Assembly: GCA_964616675.1 (NCBI GenBank)
Contig: CAZTRI010000027.1
Coordinates: 1-33,161, forward strand
DNA length: 33,161 nt
From: Candidatus Woesearchaeota archaeon
GTDB taxonomy: Archaea > Nanobdellota > Nanobdellia > SCGC-AAA011-G17 > GW2011-AR18
Direction of reading: 5' to 3'
The position numbers were made by a program, and so were the translations under genes. Numbering within the stretch: position 1 is the first letter of the stretch; every line of letters starts with the position of its first letter. Positions 21,372 to 29,415 of this stretch are shown piece by piece. Under the pieces are notes generated by a model. The model was not told where the DNA came from. It searched no databases and saw only the letters and a list, made by a program, of their open reading frames with translations.

Positions 21372-21500
21372 TTTGACACTATTCTCTAGAGATTACAGCG
21401 ATTTATAAATATTATTGTTATGGATTAGTTATTATTCTTTTACATTGTTTTGTAAGAAAGGATAAGCTTAAAATATATTTCCTATAAGAATAATTAAAAG

Positions 21501-22628
21501 ATGAAAGAGATAATAGTAATTGGGGACATTGAAATGGGCGCGGGTGATCTCACAGATGATTTCATTAGTGATAGAGCTCTTTCAAAACTTATAGTTTTAT
21601 TAAGTAAAAAAAAGCATCAAGTAGATTTAATACTGAACGGTGACACATTTGATTTCCTAAAATGCCCATCTAAATTAAAACCAGAACCAATATACATTCG
21701 GCATATAACAAAAAATATTTCATTAATAAAATTAGATTTAATTCACAAAGCACATAAGTTAGTATTTGATTCACTAAAGGTTTTTCTCAAATCAAAAAAC
21801 AAAGAACTATATTTCACGATAGGAAATCATGATTATGATTTGTTCTTTCCAGAAGTACAGGAAAAAATAAAAGAGATATTAAAAAATAAAAAGCAAGTTC
21901 ATTTTCCAGGATTAGAATATAATTATAATGGAGTACATGTTGAACACGGCCAGCAGTATGATTTGCTTAATAAAGTGAATCCAAAATATTTATTTTTGAA
22001 TTATAAAGAAGAACCAATATTAAATTTAGCTTCAGTATCATTTGGAATTATAAGTTCTTTAATTACAATAAAACAAGAACATCCATTTCTAGAAAGAATC
22101 AAACCATTACCAACATTGCTTACATTACATGGGAGTTTAGCGAAGAAACTAAGTAAGAAAAGCCTGGTTTATCTTATCAAAAGCATTTTATATTATCCTT
22201 TGCGTTACTATGATGATCCTACATATCATTTTCCTAGAGATTTATTTAATGAAGCTTATGTAAGATTAAAGCATGCAGATTTTGAAGTTTCTGAGGTAGT
22301 TGATTTATTCAAAGAAGAGAAAAAGAAAGATATTAAGAAAAACCAAGTTTATGTGTTTGGGCATGTACATAAAAAGTATGTAGAGAAAACAAAACACTGG
22401 GCAATAATCCATCCAAGCACGTGGCGTGATGAATATATTATTGATCCTAATACAAGAATAGTCAAAGCAGCACCAAAACATTACGTCAGCATAAAGATTG
22501 TAAGGGGCGAAACCAAGTGGGATTTAATCAAATATCCAATAAAAAGATCAATCCTTCACTTTGATAATATAATAGAAAATGAATTAAAATTTATAAGATT
22601 AGCAGCAAAAGAAGAAGGGTATAAATAA
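21501..22628 (+). CDS. Calcineurin-like metallophosphoesterase (LpxH-like architecture)
   Basis: Motifs IGDIEMG, NGDTFDF, GNHDYD, VEHGQQYD, GHVHKKY. Confidence 0.85.
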   Translation: MKEIIVIGDIEMGAGDLTDDFISDRALSKLIVLLSKKKHQVDLILNGDTFDFLKCPSKLKPEPIYIRHITKNISLIKLDLIHKAHKLVFDSLKVFLKSKNKELYFTIGNHDYDLFFPEVQEKIKEILKNKKQVHFPGLEYNYNGVHVEHGQQYDLLNKVNPKYLFLNYKEEPILNLASVSFGIISSLITIKQEHPFLERIKPLPTLLTLHGSLAKKLSKKSLVYLIKSILYYPLRYYDDPTYHFPRDLFNEAYVRLKHADFEVSEVVDLFKEEKKKDIKKNQVYVFGHVHKKYVEKTKHWAIIHPSTWRDEYIIDPNTRIVKAAPKHYVSIKIVRGETKWDLIKYPIKRSILHFDNIIENELKFIRLAAKEEGYK

Positions 22629-22655
22629 TAAATATAAAAAAATAAAGAAAAGGTC

Positions 22656-24035
22656 TTAGTAATAAGTTTGACCTTCAGCTTCATCACTGTCGCTTTCTGC
22701 AAGTTTCTTTATGATTACTGCAATTGCTAGTACAACTAATATTACTAACAAAACAATGAAACCTACTTCAAGTGCTTTCTTAACACCATCTGATCCTACT
22801 GGAGCATTTGATGCAGCTTGCACATTAGCAATTAAAGCAACTTCGCTAACAACCTTTCCGTTTTCAACCAATCTTACAACAAAGTTTCTGCTACCTGAAC
22901 CAAAACCTTCTTTTGGTGAAATAGCTACGAAAGCTTCAGCAGTTTGGTCTTTAGGAACTGTTACAACTTGTGGATCAGCTCTTACATTAGCAAAATCAGC
23001 TCCAAGTACTTCTATTGTAAATACTCTTGCGCTTTGACCTAAGTTAGCAACGTTAAATGTGTAAACAGCGTTTTCACCAACATTAACTGACTTAGCATTG
23101 CTATCAACATTTATTACAAGTCTTGGTGTTTCAGGTGTTTTTGGAGTTTCAGCAACACTAAGTGTTTCTGTTTTCTCTACGCCTTCAACTCTAAACTTGA
23201 ATGTTTTTTCTTCAACTGAGCGTCCTCTATTGTATTCAACTCTAACATTAAAGTCATATTCACCAGGTTTTGCATCTTCTGGTATGAAGAACTGCAAATC
23301 TCTTGTGTTTTCAGATGTTGATTTATCAAATCTAAACTTATCATTATCTGCATTATCTTGAACAGATGTTATAAGTTCATCAACACTTGCTTCTTCTCTT
23401 AATCCAAGAGCAGGAACAATTCCAACTACATGTACGTCTTTTTCTCTGTTATCACCTAAGTTTTCAACTCTAACAGACACGAACATAGGCTGTCCTTGTT
23501 TTACAACTCTAGTACCAGGACTAACGAAAACATCTAAGATATTTAACTTATGTCTTGGTTCTTGTACTCTCAAAGTAAATTTGAAATTCTTTGACTGGTC
23601 GTCATCGAAAACTTCAAGATTTAAAGTATAGTCATCAGATGCTACCATATCATTAGGTAACTGTAACTGAAGAACTTTTCTATAACTTACACCAGGTTCG
23701 ATCTCAAATATATCACTTGTAGCCTGAATCTTTCCAAACTCATAACCACCAACGAAAGCTTCTACTCTTGCTCTATATGAGCTTGAACAAGCTACTTGGT
23801 TTTGAGCTCTAAAAACAGCATCAGCACATTGTGCGTTTGCATCAGCCTTTAAGAAAATCTCTAAAGGTACTACAGAACCTGCTTCAGCATAAACAACATC
23901 GCCACTCTGTACTAACATATTGTCAACTTCAACTTTAACATTTGCATCATTAAATGCATTGAAGTCAACAGCCATAGCAGTACTTACTAATGCTAGCATT
24001 ACTAACAATACCGCACTGAAAATTTTTGTATTCAT
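22656..24035 (-). CDS. Secreted surface protein with CARDB-like modules and a C-terminal TM anchor (S-layer-like candidate)
   Basis: ATG at 24035 gives MNTKIFSAVLLVMLALVSTAMA, with GAGGGGG 9 nt upstream. CARDB-like segment VKQGQPMFVSVRVENLGDNREKDVHV. C-terminal TM FIVLLVILVVLAIAVII plus an acidic tail. The track start at 24053 is an upstream TTG. Confidence 0.8.
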   Translation of the reverse strand: MNTKIFSAVLLVMLALVSTAMAVDFNAFNDANVKVEVDNMLVQSGDVVYAEAGSVVPLEIFLKADANAQCADAVFRAQNQVACSSSYRARVEAFVGGYEFGKIQATSDIFEIEPGVSYRKVLQLQLPNDMVASDDYTLNLEVFDDDQSKNFKFTLRVQEPRHKLNILDVFVSPGTRVVKQGQPMFVSVRVENLGDNREKDVHVVGIVPALGLREEASVDELITSVQDNADNDKFRFDKSTSENTRDLQFFIPEDAKPGEYDFNVRVEYNRGRSVEEKTFKFRVEGVEKTETLSVAETPKTPETPRLVINVDSNAKSVNVGENAVYTFNVANLGQSARVFTIEVLGADFANVRADPQVVTVPKDQTAEAFVAISPKEGFGSGSRNFVVRLVENGKVVSEVALIANVQAASNAPVGSDGVKKALEVGFIVLLVILVVLAIAVIIKKLAESDSDEAEGQTYY

Positions 24036-24083
24036 CTTAATTAACCCCCTCAATTAATATGTTTGTTATTTGATAGTAACAAT

Positions 24084-24095
24084 TTATTTATAAAC
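24084..24095 (-). promoter_or_regulatory. Putative archaeal TATA box for the 22656-24035 surface gene
   Basis: Minus strand TTTATAAATAAA about 50-60 nt upstream of the ATG. This would leave a short leader containing the G5 motif. Confidence 0.3.
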
Positions 24096-24109
24096 CTTTT
24101 GGTAGTTAC

Positions 24110-26224
24110 TTAATTGACGTAAAATGACCAATATCTGACCATTGAGTCACCCTTCTGATTATATATATAAATTCTAGCTGTATACCAACCTTCTTGACTA
24201 TTAGCTGGAACTCTAAATGTAACAGCTTTATCGCTAGCTGAATAAGCAGAATTTGTAAACCCTCTCTCTTTTCTATAGATTCCTAAACTAGGAACACTTA
24301 CTTCCATCTCTAAATCTTCGTTTAAAGCGCCAAAGTTATTAGTATTGATAAGTAAGGTTACTACCTCACCAGGTATAAATCCAACCTTCTGAGCTGTTGA
24401 TCTTGCATTCATAATATCAAACCTATGAGCAAGTCTACTAGGAGCCAACGTTGGTCTGTCAGCTCTGTCAATAGCACCAAAAGGTGGAACTTCAACTGGT
24501 GGGATAACACCACAGTCTGCCACAAAGACAGTCACTGAAGTATCATCAACATTACCATTGTTATCAGTAACAGTAAGGATAACGTTAAACTGTCCAACAT
24601 TAGCAAACACATGCCTTGCTATAGCACCCAAAGCTAAAGGACTTCCATCAGCAAAATCCCATGTAAATGCAACAACCTGTCCATCTGGATCATTACTTCT
24701 TGAACCATCAAAAGCTACTGGTTGGTTCAGACAGGCATTAAATATATCAGCACCTACATCAGCAACAGGTGGAACTTCAGCAGGTGGAATAACAGCACCG
24801 CAATCACGAACATCTATATTCAAAGCTAAACTATCTTGTGCACCCTCATTATCTCTAACAGTAACAGTAATTCCATATCTTCCAGCAGCAGCATAAGCAT
24901 GAACTGGATTTTGAACATTTGAGATTTGACCATCTCCAAAAGTCCACAGATAATTTAAAGCACCATTTTCAGGATCTTCTGCTTCAACTCCAAATTGAAC
25001 GTTTTCTGCAATACAAGCAACAGCTTGAGTATCTACTCTATTTATTGTAGGAGCTTGATTAACAGGTTGTGGCTGTACTATTTTTACACGTACTTGATCT
25101 GAGCCTTCCCCGCCATGAACGTCTCTAACAACTAAATCTATAAGATAATTACCTGGAACATTGTAAGCATGGTTAGGTCCCACTAAATTACTTCGACCAT
25201 TATCACCAAAACTCCATTGAACAGAATCAATCTCAACTTGTCTTCCATTTAACCTAAAAGCAAATTGAACATTCTCACCAACATTAAATTGTTGACCATC
25301 TATAGGACTTGTGATCTCAACATCAAGATCTGCCATTTCAACTACATTAACAGCAACTGTATCCTCGCTATGAGCTCCTTCTGCATCATTAGCTGCAAAA
25401 ACAACTAAATACTGACCTGCAGCATTAAAACTATGAATTGTTTGACTTACAAGTCTTTGTTGAGCAGGTAAATTAGCATCTTCAACTTGCCCATCTCCAA
25501 AAGTCCATCTTGTTCTTATAACACCTAAATCATCTCTAGCATTAGCGCTAAACTGAATATTTTCTCCAACCCAAAAAGTTAATCCAGGTTCTGGCTCAAC
25601 AATATCAACAACAGGTGCTTCATTAGGTCTAAAAACAGTAACCTGCATAGTATCGCTAGTTCTTAGCCCATCTCCATCATCTACAGTAAATGTAATTTGT
25701 TCATTTCCTAGAAAACCAGCATTAGGAGTAAAAACTACCCTATTGCCTTGATTAGCTTGAATTTGAATGTTAACGTTTCTATTTCCAGCAACAGTCCATC
25801 TTAATTCATTATCAGGAGTATGTCTATCGGAAACATGATCATTAAGAATAATTGAATTATCAGAACCACCTTGAGGAATTCTTAGGTCAGGTAAAGGTGG
25901 ATCAATAACAGGAGCATCATTAGCTTCTATCATTACATTCGCAGATCCCACGATTCTGCTTCCAAAAGGAGTTTCAACATAAACATTACAAATAGCCTCT
26001 TCACCAGCAAATCTACCGTTTAAAGGTAAAGGATTCTGATTGAAAACATTATCACCTATAATCCACTCATAACTAAAACCTTGTCTTATCCTTCCGCCAA
26101 CTAAACAGCTTAAAGAATCAAACTGGTTTGGATTTTGAGGTGATATAGAAATTATATCTACTGCTACAGCAAAGACTGATAGTACAACAAATAACATTAA
26201 AGAGATAGTTATTACCTTTTTCAT
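24110..26224 (-). CDS. Secreted multi-PKD-domain protein
   Basis: Signal peptide MKKVITISLMLFVVLSVFAVA. An N-terminal cadherin/Big-like module (FTPNAGFLGNEQITFTVDDGDG). Four PKD signatures: WTFGDGQ, WSFGDNG, WTFGDGQ, WDFADGS. C-terminal CARDB-like module. No TM anchor. Confidence 0.9.
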   Translation of the reverse strand: MKKVITISLMLFVVLSVFAVAVDIISISPQNPNQFDSLSCLVGGRIRQGFSYEWIIGDNVFNQNPLPLNGRFAGEEAICNVYVETPFGSRIVGSANVMIEANDAPVIDPPLPDLRIPQGGSDNSIILNDHVSDRHTPDNELRWTVAGNRNVNIQIQANQGNRVVFTPNAGFLGNEQITFTVDDGDGLRTSDTMQVTVFRPNEAPVVDIVEPEPGLTFWVGENIQFSANARDDLGVIRTRWTFGDGQVEDANLPAQQRLVSQTIHSFNAAGQYLVVFAANDAEGAHSEDTVAVNVVEMADLDVEITSPIDGQQFNVGENVQFAFRLNGRQVEIDSVQWSFGDNGRSNLVGPNHAYNVPGNYLIDLVVRDVHGGEGSDQVRVKIVQPQPVNQAPTINRVDTQAVACIAENVQFGVEAEDPENGALNYLWTFGDGQISNVQNPVHAYAAAGRYGITVTVRDNEGAQDSLALNIDVRDCGAVIPPAEVPPVADVGADIFNACLNQPVAFDGSRSNDPDGQVVAFTWDFADGSPLALGAIARHVFANVGQFNVILTVTDNNGNVDDTSVTVFVADCGVIPPVEVPPFGAIDRADRPTLAPSRLAHRFDIMNARSTAQKVGFIPGEVVTLLINTNNFGALNEDLEMEVSVPSLGIYRKERGFTNSAYSASDKAVTFRVPANSQEGWYTARIYIYNQKGDSMVRYWSFYVN

Positions 26225-26250
26225 TACGAGTTGGTGTTAACAGGAAAAAA

Positions 26251-26258
26251 TATATAAA
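26251..26258 (-). promoter_or_regulatory. Putative TATA box for the PKD gene
   Basis: Minus strand TTTATATA ends about 27 nt upstream of the ATG at 26224, consistent with a leaderless or near-leaderless mRNA. Confidence 0.35.
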
Positions 26259-26381
26259 CCTTACCAATCTGTAACTTCTAACCAAAGGTTACATAATCTT
26301 ATACTATAAAATAGATATTTATTCACCCTTGACTTGCAAAACCATTTCTTGAAGTTTTCTAGTTAAGACTTTATAAAAATA

Positions 26382-27053
26382 TTACTCTGAGACTCGTCTT
26401 TTGTGTAGGACATATATATCAGCAGTCTGTCCTGAATTACCTGTCGTTTGATGAATATCATATCCATTTATATGGCAGGTATCCAAAAATGAATTAAATC
26501 TAGATCTGCTATACCAATTATTATAAAATCCTCTTCTATCTTTGAGAGGAATATCTCTAGGAATAGGAAGTAATGTATGGAAAAAGTCAATAATAACTGT
26601 ATCTCTTGCAACTCTTAATGCTTCATTTATTGCACCTTCATAATTTAATAAATGTTCCAAAATATGTTTTAATAATACCGCATCAAACGTGTTATCTCTT
26701 AATGGAAGCTCTTGAGCTTTTGCTCTCAATAATTTTGCATCAGGGTGTCTTTGTTTTGCTATATTTATCATATATACACTAGCATCTAATCCTGTATAAT
26801 TAATATTTAAACCATATTTGTCATATCCAGTTTTTTCAGTAGCAGGTCCACAAGCTAAATCAAGAATTGAACTAGGATTTGTTTCTCGAAGAATTGAACG
26901 TATCAACGTCCTTTCCTTATCATCCACATTAGATAATCTATTAACAAGATTACTTAAATCTTCATCTGAAGCAGAATCCCAATAATAACCAAAACTATTA
27001 TGCCATCCTGCATGTAATACTGAGTGTGCAAATACTGCTATATCTCTAAACAT
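26382..27053 (-). CDS. Class I SAM-dependent methyltransferase
   Basis: Motif I ILDLACGPA, YTGLDAS, FDAVLLKHILEHL. ATG at 27053 is preferred over the TTG at 27071 used by the track. Confidence 0.8.
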   Translation of the reverse strand: MFRDIAVFAHSVLHAGWHNSFGYYWDSASDEDLSNLVNRLSNVDDKERTLIRSILRETNPSSILDLACGPATEKTGYDKYGLNINYTGLDASVYMINIAKQRHPDAKLLRAKAQELPLRDNTFDAVLLKHILEHLLNYEGAINEALRVARDTVIIDFFHTLLPIPRDIPLKDRRGFYNNWYSRSRFNSFLDTCHINGYDIHQTTGNSGQTADIYVLHKRRVSE

Positions 27054-27086
27054 AATAAAAATAAATAGCAATAAAAATATAAAACT

Positions 27087-27223
27087 TGGGGACGCAGGGA
27101 TTTGAACCCTGATCTAGAGGTATCTTCCTCGCATAGCGACATACCTGATATTATATCATCGACTTTCGTCTCATCGCTCCAAGACTGGAGCCTCTCATTC
27201 TAGCCAAGTTATACTACGTCCCC
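27087..27223 (-). tRNA. trnW: tRNA-Trp (anticodon CCA) with a 63-nt intron at position 37/38
   Basis: The reverse complement folds as a cloverleaf. Acceptor GGGGACG/CGUCCCC with discriminator A. D arm has U8, A14, GG, A21 and G26. Anticodon stem AGAGG/CCUCU with loop CU-CCA-G..A. T arm CAGGG-UUCAAAU-CCCUG. CCA tail is not encoded. Confidence 0.85.
27122..27184 (-). other. tRNA-Trp intron
   Basis: The junctions can be drawn as bulge-helix-bulge. Two 3-nt bulges (A36 G37 U and A U A38) flank a 4-position helix C32-G, U33-A, C34/A, C35-G. An outer helix CUUG/CGAG follows. The interior forms a three-way junction. Confidence 0.7.
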
Positions 27224-27250
27224 TTTGGCTAAGAAAAATAACTTTATCAG

Positions 27251-27260
27251 TATTAATAAA
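27251..27260 (-). promoter_or_regulatory. Putative TATA box for tRNA-Trp
   Basis: Minus strand TTTATTAATA about 30 nt upstream of the mature 5' end. Confidence 0.3.
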
Positions 27261-27409
27261 TTATTCTATTATGTGGTTGAAGGGGTGTCCCATTCTACAA
27301 GATATTTTCAAGAAAGAACTACATAAGCAAATTAATACAAATTATAACTCTTTCTTCTATTTCCCTAAATAGCAAACATTTAAAATCAATCTCTTACACA
27401 CACTATTTT

Positions 27410-28645
27410 ATGGATAAAAAAGGAATAACGTTAAAACCTGAATTCGAGCAAGCAATAATGGAATTAGGCTTTTCAGAATTCACTGAAATACAAGAAAAAT
27501 GTATACCTCTAATACAGCAAGGTAAAGATGTAATTGGTTCATCTCATACTGGTTCAGGGAAAACAGCAGCGTTTGGTTTCCCAGCTTTAGAAAAAGTTGT
27601 ACCTGGAAAAGGAATTCAACTATTAGTTGTTGTCCCAACAAGAGAACTTTGTAATCAGGTTGCTAAAGAATTTAAAAAGTTTACGAAATATAGAAAAACA
27701 TTTATTGTTGAATTATATGGTGGAGTAGCAATAAGTCCCCAAATAAGTTATTTAAGAAGGGCAGAAGTTATTGTAGGTACACCTGGAAGATTACTTGATC
27801 ATCTTGCAAGAGGTACTTTAAAATTAAATCATATAAAAATACTTGTTCTTGACGAAGCAGATAAAATGTTTGAAATGGGTTTCATTGATGATGTAAAAAA
27901 AATAATTTCAAACGTCCCGAAAGACAGTCAAAAATTGTTATTTAGTGCAACAATGCCTCCAGGAATAATTAATATTGTAAAGGAATATATGCACAATCCT
28001 GAAAAAATTAAAATGCCATCATATGTTGATGCTAGCAAACTTATACAGCATTATTATGATGTTGATAAAAATCTTAAATTTTCTTTACTAGCACATATAA
28101 TCAAAACTCATTCAAAAGGATTAATAATTATTTTCTGTGGCACTAGGCATACTGTGGATTACATAAACAGAAATCTCAACAAACATAATATAAAATCAGA
28201 AGCATTGCATGGTGGAATAACTCAGAGCAGAAGAAGACATGTAATGGAAGCATTCCGTGATGGAGAACTTGATGTTTTAATAGCAAGTGAAGTAGCAGCA
28301 AGAGGATTAGATATAAAAAATTTACAATTAATAATAAATTATAATTTACCAAAAACATCACAGGAATATGTTCATAGAATAGGAAGAACTGCAAGAGCAG
28401 GGGAAGAAGGCAAAGTAATATCATTATTATCTGGAGAAGATCATGATAATTTCAGAAGGGTTCTTGAAGATAGATCAATATTAATTCATAAACTCCCTAC
28501 ACCTGCAGATTTCCCACGTCTTGAATCACTAAAGCCACAAAGATCTATGTCACAAAGGTATGATAGGCCCCAGAATAGATCATCGTACAATCGATCATCT
28601 GATAGGTCATCCAATTCATCTAATAGAAGAAGATATAATAATTAA
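27410..28645 (+). CDS. DEAD-box ATP-dependent RNA helicase
   Basis: Q motif FTEIQ, motif I SHTGSGKT, Ia PTRELC, II DEAD, III SAT, VI HRIGRTARAG. Low-complexity R/S/N-rich C-terminal tail. Confidence 0.95.
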   Translation: MDKKGITLKPEFEQAIMELGFSEFTEIQEKCIPLIQQGKDVIGSSHTGSGKTAAFGFPALEKVVPGKGIQLLVVVPTRELCNQVAKEFKKFTKYRKTFIVELYGGVAISPQISYLRRAEVIVGTPGRLLDHLARGTLKLNHIKILVLDEADKMFEMGFIDDVKKIISNVPKDSQKLLFSATMPPGIINIVKEYMHNPEKIKMPSYVDASKLIQHYYDVDKNLKFSLLAHIIKTHSKGLIIIFCGTRHTVDYINRNLNKHNIKSEALHGGITQSRRRHVMEAFRDGELDVLIASEVAARGLDIKNLQLIINYNLPKTSQEYVHRIGRTARAGEEGKVISLLSGEDHDNFRRVLEDRSILIHKLPTPADFPRLESLKPQRSMSQRYDRPQNRSSYNRSSDRSSNSSNRRRYNN

Positions 28646-28701
28646 TTTAGTTGTAAATAAAATCAAAATCTTTTTATAAAACTAAATAAGTAGATATAGT
28701 T

Positions 28702-29415
28702 ATGAATGAAATATTATTCTTTATTGCAGCTTATTTTTCAGAATTAATAGGAACTGTATTAGGTTTTGGGTCTTCAACTATATTTTTCCCTTTAGCTTTG
28801 TTTTTCGTAGATTTTAAAACTGCATTAATCCTTGTTGCAGTATTTCATTTGTTTGGGAACATAGGAAGGATTTCTTTTTTCCATAAGAACCTAGATAAAA
28901 AATTAATATTTATTTTTGGAATTCCTAGTGTTATACTTACTGTTTTTGGTGCGATGCTTGTTAATTATGTTAATCAAGATTTACTAAAAATATTATTAGG
29001 TATATTCTTGCTCATATTTGCTATCGTTTCATTTATCAAACCTAATCTGAAGATGTCATCAAATAAAATAAATTCTATCCTAGGTGGAAGTTTATCAGGA
29101 TTCTTTGCAGGTTTAATTGGTACTGGTGGTATTTTAAGAGGGATTTTCCTTACTTCTTTTAATTTGAAAAAACAAGTTTATATTGCAACTGCTGCCATGA
29201 TTGCTTTGTTAGTAGATATAACAAGAATACCTATATATTATTACAGTGGATTTATTGAGAAACAATATTATTATTTTATTCCTATCCTTTTAGTCATTGC
29301 TCTATTAGGATCTTATAGTGGGAAAAAACTAGTTGATAAAATATCTCAAAAAACATTTAGAAAAATAGTGTTAATAGGAATTGCTTTGTTAAGTTTGAGA
29401 TTAATATTTAGTTAA
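28702..29415 (+). CDS. TauE/SafE (TSUP, DUF81) family membrane transporter
   Basis: About 7-8 TM segments. Internally duplicated Gly-rich motifs GTVLGFGSS and AGLIGTGGI. Confidence 0.8.
   Translation: MNEILFFIAAYFSELIGTVLGFGSSTIFFPLALFFVDFKTALILVAVFHLFGNIGRISFFHKNLDKKLIFIFGIPSVILTVFGAMLVNYVNQDLLKILLGIFLLIFAIVSFIKPNLKMSSNKINSILGGSLSGFFAGLIGTGGILRGIFLTSFNLKKQVYIATAAMIALLVDITRIPIYYYSGFIEKQYYYFIPILLVIALLGSYSGKKLVDKISQKTFRKIVLIGIALLSLRLIFS

Noticed and set aside
24036-24053. TTG-extended N-termini used by the ORF track (24053, 27071, 19435)
   Set aside because: Internal ATG starts at 24035, 27053 and 19417 give a canonical signal peptide or domain boundary. At 24035 the ATG also has correct spacing from the G5 motif, and the extensions add only a few unlikely residues.
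19931-24896. Track ORFs 19931-20383, 21170-21358, 22711-23037, 23098-23361 and 24558-24896
   Set aside because: They are antisense to the surface-protein genes. Their Ser/Thr/Leu-rich translations mirror the sense-strand composition.
19450-27223. Surface-gene block as a genomic island integrated at tRNA-Trp
   Set aside because: I found no integrase, no recombinase and no direct repeat of the tRNA 3' half flanking the block. Composition differences can be explained by amino-acid content. This remains a weak possibility only.
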